In this document: in pieces, positions 26,061 to 35,084 of the stretch
Numbering within the stretch: the first letter of the stretch is position 1
Layout: every line of letters begins with the position of its first letter
IMG/VR virus record: IMGVR_UViG_3300022752_000021
Source: a virus
Direction: 5' to 3' (one strand)
Length of the DNA: 64,000 bases
The notes under the pieces: generated by a model
What the model saw: only the letters and a program-made list of their open reading frames with translations
Databases searched by the model: none
What the model was told of the DNA's origin: nothing
Made by a program: the position numbers and the translations under genes

Positions 26061-26405
26061 ATGGAAACTACAACAAACATTCCACGCATCACTCATGGTC
26101 AACCACACATTTACCAAACTTCAACCGAAATGGTGATCAGCCACCATTGGATTGACAAGGGAGACACGGCTCTTCTCTTCAGGGTGATTCAAGAGACATA
26201 TCATGGAACCCCATTCACCCTGTGCAGCATTGCCGCGTACACGAAATTTGAGGATGGAGTTGCATACGGTGGTGCAAGAGATATTCAGGTTGGAAACCTC
26301 AAGATCCTCACCTCTCTCACGGGTCGATGGAAACTTGAGGAAGCAAGAAAGATGTGGAGGGTCTTGACCGCAAATGGATGGGGAATCATGGGTCAACCTA
26401 AATAA
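26061..26405 (+). CDS. Hypothetical protein
   Basis: GGAGGAAACTCACAATG start motif. Confidence 0.6.
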   Translation: METTTNIPRITHGQPHIYQTSTEMVISHHWIDKGDTALLFRVIQETYHGTPFTLCSIAAYTKFEDGVAYGGARDIQVGNLKILTSLTGRWKLEEARKMWRVLTANGWGIMGQPK

Positions 26406-26424
26406 AAACTAGGAGGGATTTGAG

Positions 26425-26880
26425 ATGATTCGTACACTCAACAACTCAAGCCCCGAAGCGAAGAACTTCCTAAAGTTCATTCGTACTGACCTACGAAACA
26501 ACAGAGTGATGTTGAAGTTCTCTAAGAGTAGAGATGTACGCTTCGACAGCAACACAATAACCGCTGCATACTTCCAAGAGCCTTGTCTGAAAAGACAGGG
26601 CATTATTCGTATTGGGACAGGCAATAGAAAACCCATCAATGTTCTCACCAATCTCATTCATGAGTATTGCCACTTCCTTCAATGGAAGAATCGTGATACC
26701 CTATGGATGGACACAGATGCATCCTCTGGCATTCGTGGAGAGAAATACATTCGTCTTGAGGAACAAACAGAACGTGAAGCAATCTCCCTCATTCGTCAAT
26801 GGCATCTACCCGTCAATCTCTCTGCAATTCGCAAGAGATCTCGTTCTTACATCGCACATCTTCGTACCACAGAGAAATAA
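26425..26880 (+). CDS. HEXXH metallopeptidase-like protein
   Basis: LIHEYCHFLQW...LEEQTE. Confidence 0.65.
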   Translation: MIRTLNNSSPEAKNFLKFIRTDLRNNRVMLKFSKSRDVRFDSNTITAAYFQEPCLKRQGIIRIGTGNRKPINVLTNLIHEYCHFLQWKNRDTLWMDTDASSGIRGEKYIRLEEQTEREAISLIRQWHLPVNLSAIRKRSRSYIAHLRTTEK

Positions 26881-26905
26881 ATATTGAAACAGGAGATTTT
26901 TCATC

Positions 26906-27196
26906 ATGCCCACCTATGACTACAAATGTTCCCGATGCGATCACTCATTCGAACTTTTCCAATCCATTTCGAATCGTGATACCCCATGCTCCCATCCATG
27001 CCCCCATTGTGGTGTCTCTGAATCCATTCAAAGGGATTGGATCGGATCACCCGCAGCAGCAGTGGATATGAATCTAACACCTGGTGCAGATTTCAAAGAG
27101 GTCATGAAAAAGGTATCCAAAGGTGTTCCGAAACGATTCCGTGACAACCTCGACCAAGCCGCATCTCGTCGTGGCACCGTATGGGGTAATGGCTGA
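26906..27196 (+). CDS. FmdB-like zinc-ribbon protein
   Basis: MPTYDYKCSRCDHSFE...CPHCG. Confidence 0.8.
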   Translation: MPTYDYKCSRCDHSFELFQSISNRDTPCSHPCPHCGVSESIQRDWIGSPAAAVDMNLTPGADFKEVMKKVSKGVPKRFRDNLDQAASRRGTVWGNG

Positions 27197-27291
27197 AATC
27201 ATGCCTAACCCATATTTTTTCTACATATAAATGTATTTCTAAACCTACAAATTGGCATCAACTACCCAAACTTACATAAGGAAATGGAAAA

Positions 27292-27732
27292 ATGAGATAC
27301 TCAGAAGCACGACAGATTTTAGCAGAAGCCATTGGTTATCTTGATGAAGCCTTTAAGGACACAAGCGACAAAGCCAATCGTTCGATGTTGGCACAATCGG
27401 CAAAACGCCACCCAATGACTCACACCCCATTGAATTTAGACAGACGGGGTGCATCCCATGATGAAAAGACCTCAGCAGCAAACATTCGAACATGGCAAGG
27501 TCACATTGACCGAGTGCATGATCTCGTCAAGCACCATCAAAGCAGGAAGCCAGGTTGGAGTGACACATACCGTGGGAATGTGTCACAAAAGGATATCAAT
27601 GCCAAGGTCAAGGAACTCAAGGGCATTCACAAGAAACTCACGGCAAGGCAAAAGAAGGCAGTCGCAAACCACAAGGCAGGAAACTTCGAAGCAAATCGTG
27701 ATCACTACATGTTGAACACGGACTTCGAATAA
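27292..27732 (+). CDS. Putative internal head protein
   Basis: TATAAATG late-type promoter; ILAE^A and YLDE^A sites followed by a basic His-rich body. Confidence 0.6.
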   Translation: MRYSEARQILAEAIGYLDEAFKDTSDKANRSMLAQSAKRHPMTHTPLNLDRRGASHDEKTSAANIRTWQGHIDRVHDLVKHHQSRKPGWSDTYRGNVSQKDINAKVKELKGIHKKLTARQKKAVANHKAGNFEANRDHYMLNTDFE

Positions 27733-27759
27733 AGTCACAGACTTCACAAAAGGAACAAG

Positions 27760-28644
27760 ATGAACAACCAATTCCTAAATCACCTAAACTCAATCACACC
27801 CCAAGGCAGAGCCAAGGATACATCCATCTTTGTTCCCGCGAAGGATCTCAATGAAGCCGTTCCTGATGTTGGACAGAACATCAGAGGAACACCAAAGAAG
27901 GCAGCAAGAAAATTTGCACAAGCCTTGCACAACTTGGCACAGGATCGCGGAAGTCTTGAGAACTACCAAGCCGCAAGAGAGCGTCTTACCAAGAAGAAGG
28001 CAAGCAATGCACAACGTCAAGGTCGAAACCTTGATAGGGCAGTTCAAAGTTTCAAGAAGAGAATGAGAATGGATGAAGCCCCCAAGTATGCACAGGATGC
28101 CATTCCCGCAGTTCCTGAACTTCTCATGCTCACCTACAGCAACAAGCACAAGCGAGATTCGGATGGCTTGAAGAAGTTTGTTGGCAAGGGTAAGAAGAAT
28201 CCAATGCCAGTTTATGAAGGTGCAGTGAAGGCTTCGATGGAGGATTGGTTGTCTGATCTTCCAAAGCCAGTGATCCGCGAACTCAAGGCAAAGCACGGCA
28301 AGATACTTGCCCGTACTGGTGGGCATGTTAAGGGAATCGGTGGAATCGGGGCGAAGAATTCAGCGAAACTTCATCAAAGCATTCAAGGTATTCTTCAAAA
28401 GCATAATGTTCCTAAACTGATGGGTTCACATGCGGAAGGTTCCAATGCCATTCAGATGTCGTTCCACACATACCACGGCGATCTCCATGAGTCGGAGGAT
28501 GAGAAGAGAGAATCAACCAAGAGCATGATTGCTCGTTTGGTTGCAAGGGGTCACAAGAAGATTGGAAAGCCAATTCCAAAGAATGTTCTTCGTGACATTG
28601 AGAAGGAACACAAGAACGAAGATGATGACTACGAGGACGATTGA
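27760..28644 (+). CDS. Putative internal head polyprotein with MNNQFL leader
   Basis: Leader shared with 34380; LNE^A, MDE^A, VYE^G, LHE^S sites. Confidence 0.6.
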   Translation: MNNQFLNHLNSITPQGRAKDTSIFVPAKDLNEAVPDVGQNIRGTPKKAARKFAQALHNLAQDRGSLENYQAARERLTKKKASNAQRQGRNLDRAVQSFKKRMRMDEAPKYAQDAIPAVPELLMLTYSNKHKRDSDGLKKFVGKGKKNPMPVYEGAVKASMEDWLSDLPKPVIRELKAKHGKILARTGGHVKGIGGIGAKNSAKLHQSIQGILQKHNVPKLMGSHAEGSNAIQMSFHTYHGDLHESEDEKRESTKSMIARLVARGHKKIGKPIPKNVLRDIEKEHKNEDDDYEDD

Positions 28645-28646
28645 AC

Positions 28647-28961
28647 ATGAAGTCATTCAATCAGTTTCTCACCGAAGCATCTTCCAATGAAAGATATGTG
28701 AAGATTAAGCAATCTGGTCATGGTGCGAATATTCGCAAGATCAATGACACTACATCCATGTTCTCACATCGTGGCATCGTCGGTCATGTGGTCAAGGGAT
28801 GGAGTCGCATGGGTGGTTGGGGATATCAGGTAGGGAACATTCGTGTGAATGGTAAGGACATTGGTCTAAATACCATACACGGAACTCATAAGACCATGAA
28901 TGATGCCATTCATAATGCATATTTGCATACGACACATCACATGGCAAAGGGAAATAAATGA
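28647..28961 (+). CDS. Putative internal head protein with capsid-targeting leader
   Basis: MKSFNQFLTE^A. Confidence 0.65.
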   Translation: MKSFNQFLTEASSNERYVKIKQSGHGANIRKINDTTSMFSHRGIVGHVVKGWSRMGGWGYQVGNIRVNGKDIGLNTIHGTHKTMNDAIHNAYLHTTHHMAKGNK

Positions 28962-29326
28962 AGTCATTCAATCGTTTCATCGCAGAGGCAAACGAGCAGA
29001 CGATTCAGAACTTTGTTGATTTTGCTGCACAGGAACTTGGTCTTGCAAATACACCAAATGTTCGTTTGGTTCAGGTGCGTGAAAACGGTATGACCACGGC
29101 ATCGTATTGTCCAGAGGACAAGAGCATTCGCGTTGTGAGTGGCAACAGAGCCACATTCGACATCTGCCGTTCTATTGCACACGAACTCGTCCATCAGATG
29201 CAGGATGAATGTGGTGATGAACTCGACGGAGACACAGGATCACCATGCGAGGACGAAGCAAATGCAATTGCTGGTCGTCTTATTCGGTTGTATGGCGGAA
29301 GCAACGAAGGCTTCTACGAGGAATAA
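28958..29326 (+). CDS. HEXXH metallopeptidase-like protein with capsid-targeting leader
   Basis: MKSFNRFIAE^A; SIAHELVHQMQ...EDEANA. Confidence 0.7.
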   Translation: MKSFNRFIAEANEQTIQNFVDFAAQELGLANTPNVRLVQVRENGMTTASYCPEDKSIRVVSGNRATFDICRSIAHELVHQMQDECGDELDGDTGSPCEDEANAIAGRLIRLYGGSNEGFYEE

Positions 29327-29329
29327 GAC

Positions 29330-30364
29330 ATGAAGACTTACAGAGAGTTCATCACAGAAGCAACTACCGTTGTAAAAGCAAAGAAACCCCCTCTCTCCTA
29401 TGCTGACAAGTTCAAGAAGTTGCGCGGCAGTCTTGCCAAGAGCAGCGATATCACAGCACAGGTAGCATCTGGTGATCATGGATCATGGATTCTTACGGGA
29501 CACGATTCTGATAGTAGTCTATCATCAGAAACTATTCGCAAGGCAAAGGATAGAGTATTTGGTAAGCGACAGGGCGACAGTCAGATTCTGTTCTTCCATA
29601 GAACTCACGGCATCGTAACTCACCCAGCAATTGGTCAATTGACTCACCAAGATATTCATACGAATCCAAGGCACCTCAGTCATCATATAGATCAAAATGT
29701 TCGTGCGAAAGTCACTGGAATGGAGAAGGCTGACATAATTGGACAAGGAAGAATCGAACATCACAAGAATGGTGGTGGGATGATTTCCATTGTGGGACGC
29801 AACCATGAAGGTGATGAGGCACCACTTCATCCATCCGTGCTTAGAACTCTTCGCAGGGCATACCCAAAGCACTTCATTCATGATGGACATGGTAATGAAC
29901 TCCATGAGAACTGGTCGTATGCACACGACTTTCATGAGATGCCGAACTCAGAGAAGCAGAAGTATGTCTACCATGTGACTACAGCCGCAAGAGCCGCGAA
30001 GATCGTCAAGGGTGGACTCAAGCCACGAAGTCCGAAAGGACGCACCAACTATCCAAGCCAAAAGGAACACACGCAGGGACACGCATTCGTGACCAACCAT
30101 CATGGCGTGGGGTATTGGGTGGATCAGACAGCCCATGCAGTCAATCGCCGCAAGCGTGAGGTTGGTGAGCGCGACTACGAAAACATTCATGTTGTGAAGT
30201 TCCCAATCGCAAATCTCAGCAAGTCCGCACGAAGAAAGTTCAAGTCTGACGATCTTGGAACCAAGGACTCGCGAAAGCACAGCGACTATGCCCGTGATCC
30301 GATCATAGATCCCTCGACGCATGAAGCACCATCCGCATTCAAGGTCAAGAAGAAAATCCGTTGA
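29330..30364 (+). CDS. Capsid-targeted two-module protein; C-terminal module ADP-ribosyltransferase-fold-like
   Basis: MKTYREFITE^A; internal LHE^N; YVYHVT...KIVKGGLKP...AFVT. Confidence 0.6.
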   Translation: MKTYREFITEATTVVKAKKPPLSYADKFKKLRGSLAKSSDITAQVASGDHGSWILTGHDSDSSLSSETIRKAKDRVFGKRQGDSQILFFHRTHGIVTHPAIGQLTHQDIHTNPRHLSHHIDQNVRAKVTGMEKADIIGQGRIEHHKNGGGMISIVGRNHEGDEAPLHPSVLRTLRRAYPKHFIHDGHGNELHENWSYAHDFHEMPNSEKQKYVYHVTTAARAAKIVKGGLKPRSPKGRTNYPSQKEHTQGHAFVTNHHGVGYWVDQTAHAVNRRKREVGERDYENIHVVKFPIANLSKSARRKFKSDDLGTKDSRKHSDYARDPIIDPSTHEAPSAFKVKKKIR

Positions 30365-30467
30365 ACCCATCAATCCACATAGCATTGATGGATTGATAGG
30401 TGGATTCGATACTGCCGAATGGTGGTATATGTCGGAACACGAAGATAACTAATCCCAGTCAGACGCA

Positions 30468-30501
30468 CAGGTGGGGGACACAATCCCCCACCTTGTTTTT
30501 T
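30468..30501 (+). terminator. Intrinsic terminator
   Basis: AGGTGGGGGA/TCCCCCACCT plus U-tract. Confidence 0.75.
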
Positions 30502-30513
30502 CTAAATATCAGT

Positions 30514-33309
30514 ATGAAAACAATACACATAGTTCCCATTGATGAAGCAAGCAAGCCCAAGCCATCTGGCAAGGCATTCCTCCTTCCTGGCTCCTACAGC
30601 CCATACACCATTGGACACCATGAGATGGCAAGGCAAGCCGCTGCACATGCTGCCTCGACGGGTCATACGCACTTCTACCATGGCATCGGTGCCGCATCGA
30701 AGCAATCGGCAGATGATCCGTTGACGCATGGACAAAAGCGTTCCGTCATTCGTTCTGGTCACAGGGACATTGCCAAGGAACACAAGGGAATGCAGTTTCA
30801 TACGACTGAAAAGGAACATGTGAGTCCATTCCATCAAGTGGCACATCTCGCAAGACAGGGACACAAGCACATCACCATCGGTCTTGGATCAGATCAGATG
30901 AAAGAAGGTGGTGTCAAGACCGCAATAGAGAGGCATGTGAAAAAGTACGGTGGAATATTGGACAAGGATGGCAAGGTTCACAAGGCAACGGTGAGTTTCC
31001 ATCAGATGGGTGCGGAGAGGCATGAAGGAGACATGCCAAGGCACGAAGTCCTTGCAAGGCTTCGCAAGGGAGACATGAGCGTGGCAAAGGCAGGACGGCT
31101 TCGCAAGGCAGTTGCATCTGGCGACACAGAACTCGCGCATGAACTCATGCCAAAACACATCAACAAGCCGAAGTACTTCAGCCTGATAAAGAAGCAACAG
31201 GCACGGGTAGCAAAGCCAAAGAAGAAGGCACTCGTCAAGGAAGGATGCATGTCGTTCCTTGATTTCATTGGGGAGGACATCGAACTCACCCATTCTATTG
31301 GGCGAAATACGGTAGAACCAACAAAACATTTTGGTTCCGAATACCTAAAGAAAAAAGAAGCAACCACATTTGGTGGCAATCAAAAGTTTCTCCACCACAA
31401 AAATCTTGGCGAGTTTCATCCCAATTATGAACTCCATAGGCATTCATATGAAGAACGAACTCCCACACGCGATGGTGTGGGGAAAAGACATATTCATGAT
31501 TACAGCATAGTACACAAGCCATCCAACACGGTTGTTGGCGGATTTGTTGGAAATGGTGGTAAGGTATCACGAAAGAGTGGATTCAAAGAGGGTAAGGGAG
31601 ATGATGTAAGCATCATCAACCTTCATATTCACCCAACACATTCCAAGAAGAAGATTGGTGCATCTCTACCAATTCAGGCATACAAGCACTTGCATAAACT
31701 AGGACACTCCGTTGAGAGTGGTTCATTGCAGTCGCCTGGTGGAGCGCATGTTTGGAATACATTGCGTAAAGATCCTGAAGTCAAGAAGCATGTGCGATAT
31801 CATGATCCATTTGAAGGAAGATCATATGCTGCACACAAACTCCCGACAGGGGAGATATGGCAAGACGAACAGGATGATAGAACATTGATTCTACATCGTA
31901 AGCCAAAGAAGAAGGCACTCGTCGCTGAAAGATACATGTCGTTTCTTGATTTCATTGGGGAGGACATCGAACTCATTCCCGTACATCGTGATACGCATGT
32001 TGAGAAGAGGAAGGCAGCAGATGTCCACAAGGCATATGGTTCAAAAACCTATTCATCCGACAAGGTGGTGAAGAGAAAGAATCTTGGGCAGATTCATCCA
32101 GGATATGATTTGCATCAACATTCTGTCGAGATAAACACAGGTCGTGGCGACCAAAGGGCAGTCAAGCACAAGTTCACAATCGTGCATAGGGCAAGCGGAG
32201 ATGTCGCTGGTGAAATGCACGCTTGGGGCGGAAAGTTGCACCCGACAAAAGGAATTGTATATGGAACCAAGGGTAAAGGTCTGAAAGTATCGCACCTTGA
32301 AGTTCATCCAGATCACCGCGAAAAGAAGATAGGCACATCATTGCCAGTAGAGATGTATCGTCATCTTCATCGCCGTGGTCATGCCATTCAGTCCGATGCC
32401 ATACAAAGCCATGGTGCTGCTAATGTGTGGAACACCATGCGTCATGATCGTGAACTAAAGAAGCATATGATGATTCATGACAGCGGTGGTGAGAAGAATA
32501 GTAGGGGAAATGCATTTGAACCTCGCGCACACAAAAGACCAGAAAGCCATATCTGGTATCAACACAGCAGATCGTGGAGTCGCGGTGGCGAAAAAGTCGA
32601 GGGATCGGGTGGTGATGAACCAGAAACCGTCAAGACACTCATTCTCTCTGGCAAGAAGCGCAAGAAGAAGACCGTCAAGGAAGACATTGAAATGGCAGAT
32701 GTGTCACAGAAACCAACAACTAGCAAACATGCTCTTCGTTGGAAAACGAGAGCAGACCTACCAAAGTCAAAAGCATCAAGGTTGACAAAGGGATACACAA
32801 TACACACTTTTCATGGACCACACGATTCACCAAAGAATCCCGTAACACAATACCACACCATAGTTCATGATGCATCAGGAGATGTTGTTGGTGAACTTGA
32901 GACTGCTAGACGTGAACGTGGTGGTAATATGGAACATGCCGTGACTAGCACAAGAATACATGCCGATCACACACAAAAGAAGATTGGAAAGTCTCTTGCT
33001 TTAGCAGCATACAAGCATCTCGCAAAGACAAGAATTTTGTCAAGTTCAATATTGCAGAGTCCTGGTGGAGCCTCTGTGTGGAATAGATTGAGAAAAGATC
33101 CAAAACTAAAGGGTAGAGTGTTTCACCATAGCACAAGTGGAGTAGTACCCGCACATGATATTCCAGATAAAATGATCTGGGCGCATGAGACAAAAGTCAC
33201 AAAGAGCAAGGGAACCCCCGAATCTCTTCCCCCATCCAAACGCCATGCATCCGAGCATAGCAAGGTTCTTGGTTCACGCCTCACAATTCGACCTTTGCAG
33301 AAATCATAA
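30514..33309 (+). CDS. Polyprotein-like: cytidylyltransferase-like domain plus three GNAT-like repeats
   Basis: GSYSPYTIGH (HxGH-class-like); three units of (I/V)Hxxxx(K/E)KKIGxSL...Y(K/R)HL...QSxG(G/A)xxVWN; repeated linkers. Confidence 0.65.
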   Translation: MKTIHIVPIDEASKPKPSGKAFLLPGSYSPYTIGHHEMARQAAAHAASTGHTHFYHGIGAASKQSADDPLTHGQKRSVIRSGHRDIAKEHKGMQFHTTEKEHVSPFHQVAHLARQGHKHITIGLGSDQMKEGGVKTAIERHVKKYGGILDKDGKVHKATVSFHQMGAERHEGDMPRHEVLARLRKGDMSVAKAGRLRKAVASGDTELAHELMPKHINKPKYFSLIKKQQARVAKPKKKALVKEGCMSFLDFIGEDIELTHSIGRNTVEPTKHFGSEYLKKKEATTFGGNQKFLHHKNLGEFHPNYELHRHSYEERTPTRDGVGKRHIHDYSIVHKPSNTVVGGFVGNGGKVSRKSGFKEGKGDDVSIINLHIHPTHSKKKIGASLPIQAYKHLHKLGHSVESGSLQSPGGAHVWNTLRKDPEVKKHVRYHDPFEGRSYAAHKLPTGEIWQDEQDDRTLILHRKPKKKALVAERYMSFLDFIGEDIELIPVHRDTHVEKRKAADVHKAYGSKTYSSDKVVKRKNLGQIHPGYDLHQHSVEINTGRGDQRAVKHKFTIVHRASGDVAGEMHAWGGKLHPTKGIVYGTKGKGLKVSHLEVHPDHREKKIGTSLPVEMYRHLHRRGHAIQSDAIQSHGAANVWNTMRHDRELKKHMMIHDSGGEKNSRGNAFEPRAHKRPESHIWYQHSRSWSRGGEKVEGSGGDEPETVKTLILSGKKRKKKTVKEDIEMADVSQKPTTSKHALRWKTRADLPKSKASRLTKGYTIHTFHGPHDSPKNPVTQYHTIVHDASGDVVGELETARRERGGNMEHAVTSTRIHADHTQKKIGKSLALAAYKHLAKTRILSSSILQSPGGASVWNRLRKDPKLKGRVFHHSTSGVVPAHDIPDKMIWAHETKVTKSKGTPESLPPSKRHASEHSKVLGSRLTIRPLQKS
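31213..31288 (+). repeat. 76-bp linker repeat, copy 1 (copy 2 at 31900-31975)
   Basis: Encodes KPKKKALVxExxMSFLDFIGEDIEL. Confidence 0.9.
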
Positions 33310-33341
33310 ATAATAGAAGCGTTCTAAAATAGGAAACAAAT

Positions 33342-34367
33342 ATGAACTCACCAAATCTGCAACAGAGAATCTATCTTGCGAAGGCACTCAACGAGAACAC
33401 CGATACACTTTTCGATCATCCTGAGATGAACGAAGCAGTGACTCGCAAGCACTTTCAACAAGTCGCTGACCTCATCAAGGCACACCCAGATGCAAAGAAG
33501 AGGGCAGAACTAGCCGCTCACCATGCTGAAATCTTCAAGAAGCAGAATCCAAGATTCGATCATGAACGATTCTTCAAGGCAGCAAATGCCGAGAAGCCGA
33601 TGAATGAAGAAGAAATGGGTGAAGAGTCCATCACCGAAGGTGCAAAGCGCAAGGCTCGACTCCTTCGTGCGATGACGAGTGGAAAAAATTTCGGCAATCT
33701 AGAAATTGCTAAGAAACGAGAAACTGCTTATGATTCAGAGTTGGGTCGTAGAGTTGCTCGCAAACTCCGCAAGGGTGGCGCACCAAAGAGAACCATAGCA
33801 AAGTTCTTCAACAAAGACACGAAGACATCTCCTGCGGTTGACAAGGCAATTGCCAAGTTCAATGAAAAGGAACTTGCAATACAACAAAAACTACGCGCAA
33901 TGGGCAAGAATATTTCTGAAGGTATGGATCTTGATGAGGGTTCCTATGTCCACTCAAAGGGTCAACTCAAGAAGTCAATCAAGGGATCGAAGCGTGAAAT
34001 CGTTAAAGCAATGAAGAAGGGCAACAAGAAGGAAGCCTCATTCTGGATGCAGAACAAGAAGGATGCAGAGGAGCAACTCAATGAAGGTTCCCTTGGTCAG
34101 AAGCGTGTTAAGCGTGTTTTCAAATCTAAGCGCGACGATAGGAAATTTCGAAACTCTGCCATGGCAAAGGTTCTGAATTTGACTACAAGAAAAGTCTTGC
34201 GTGCTGGTGCTGATCCGCGAGACGTTGCTACACGAATGAAGGATTCATCGGCTAATCTACGCACTTTGAATGCTCTTCAGCGATTCAATGACCTAGCAAG
34301 AATTAAGAAGTCACAGGGACTTGTGAGAACTATTTCTGCCAAAAGAGCGAAGTCTGCACAAAAGTAA
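33342..34367 (+). CDS. Putative internal head polyprotein
   Basis: CATAAATA promoter; LNE, MNE^A, MNE, ITE^G, ISE^G, LDE^G, LNE^G sites separating basic modules. Confidence 0.65.
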   Translation: MNSPNLQQRIYLAKALNENTDTLFDHPEMNEAVTRKHFQQVADLIKAHPDAKKRAELAAHHAEIFKKQNPRFDHERFFKAANAEKPMNEEEMGEESITEGAKRKARLLRAMTSGKNFGNLEIAKKRETAYDSELGRRVARKLRKGGAPKRTIAKFFNKDTKTSPAVDKAIAKFNEKELAIQQKLRAMGKNISEGMDLDEGSYVHSKGQLKKSIKGSKREIVKAMKKGNKKEASFWMQNKKDAEEQLNEGSLGQKRVKRVFKSKRDDRKFRNSAMAKVLNLTTRKVLRAGADPRDVATRMKDSSANLRTLNALQRFNDLARIKKSQGLVRTISAKRAKSAQK

Positions 34368-34379
34368 GAAATAACCAAC

Positions 34380-35069
34380 ATGAACAATCAATTCCTACAA
34401 CATCTCAACTCCATCACTCCACAAGGTAGAGCAAAAGACACCAAGATCTTTATTCCTGCTGAAGAAATTCAAGAAGGATCGCGTGGTACGGCTAGACATG
34501 AACGCCGTATCAAGTCACTAGAGCGCAAGAAGAAAGCCCTTTATGGTTACTTGGAAAATAGACCAAGAGGAATACGGATGAGTCCAGAACAAGAAAAAGA
34601 AGGCGAAAGAGTACGGTCACAACCTGGCTACGAAGCAAAGAAAGAAAAATATCGCAAGTTGTCTAAAGGTTTGTTTTCAGCAGACTATGCACAGATCGCT
34701 CGCGAACGCCGTCGTGCGGGACTTCACCCAGAACCACCTACCCGAACTCTGAAGACTACTATAGACAGAACAGGTTCATCCCGCATAACATCACAACCAA
34801 CATTCAAGCCAGACGTAGACTCTGGTTATGTTGCACCCCGCGTACCAAAGAAGGTTCTCAAGTACCGTGAAACAAGCAAATTCAAGGGACAAGTGGGAAG
34901 AGCCGCAAAAAAGATGAACGAAGAAGTTAAGAAGAAGTCTGCGAAGAAGGTGGTTCGCAAATTGAAGAAGACTGGTCGTTCGATCAAAAGAGCAATAAAG
35001 GGTCTATCAAACATTCTTTCCACACCACAAGATAACGTCGATTACATGATGACAGGTAGAAAGTTCTAA
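34380..35069 (+). CDS. Putative internal head protein with MNNQFL leader
   Basis: Leader shared with 27760; IQE^G, MNE^E sites. Confidence 0.6.
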   Translation: MNNQFLQHLNSITPQGRAKDTKIFIPAEEIQEGSRGTARHERRIKSLERKKKALYGYLENRPRGIRMSPEQEKEGERVRSQPGYEAKKEKYRKLSKGLFSADYAQIARERRRAGLHPEPPTRTLKTTIDRTGSSRITSQPTFKPDVDSGYVAPRVPKKVLKYRETSKFKGQVGRAAKKMNEEVKKKSAKKVVRKLKKTGRSIKRAIKGLSNILSTPQDNVDYMMTGRKF

Positions 35070-35084
35070 AAAGGAAAATCAAAA

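Noticed and set aside
13410-26063. CRISPR array or integron attC sites from the recurring intergenic motif
   Set aside because: The motif is short and non-palindromic and is separated by whole genes; no cas or integrase gene is present
30400-30513. N-terminal extension of the 969-aa ORF
   Set aside because: It spans a terminator and a late promoter; the ATG at 30514 is the likelier start
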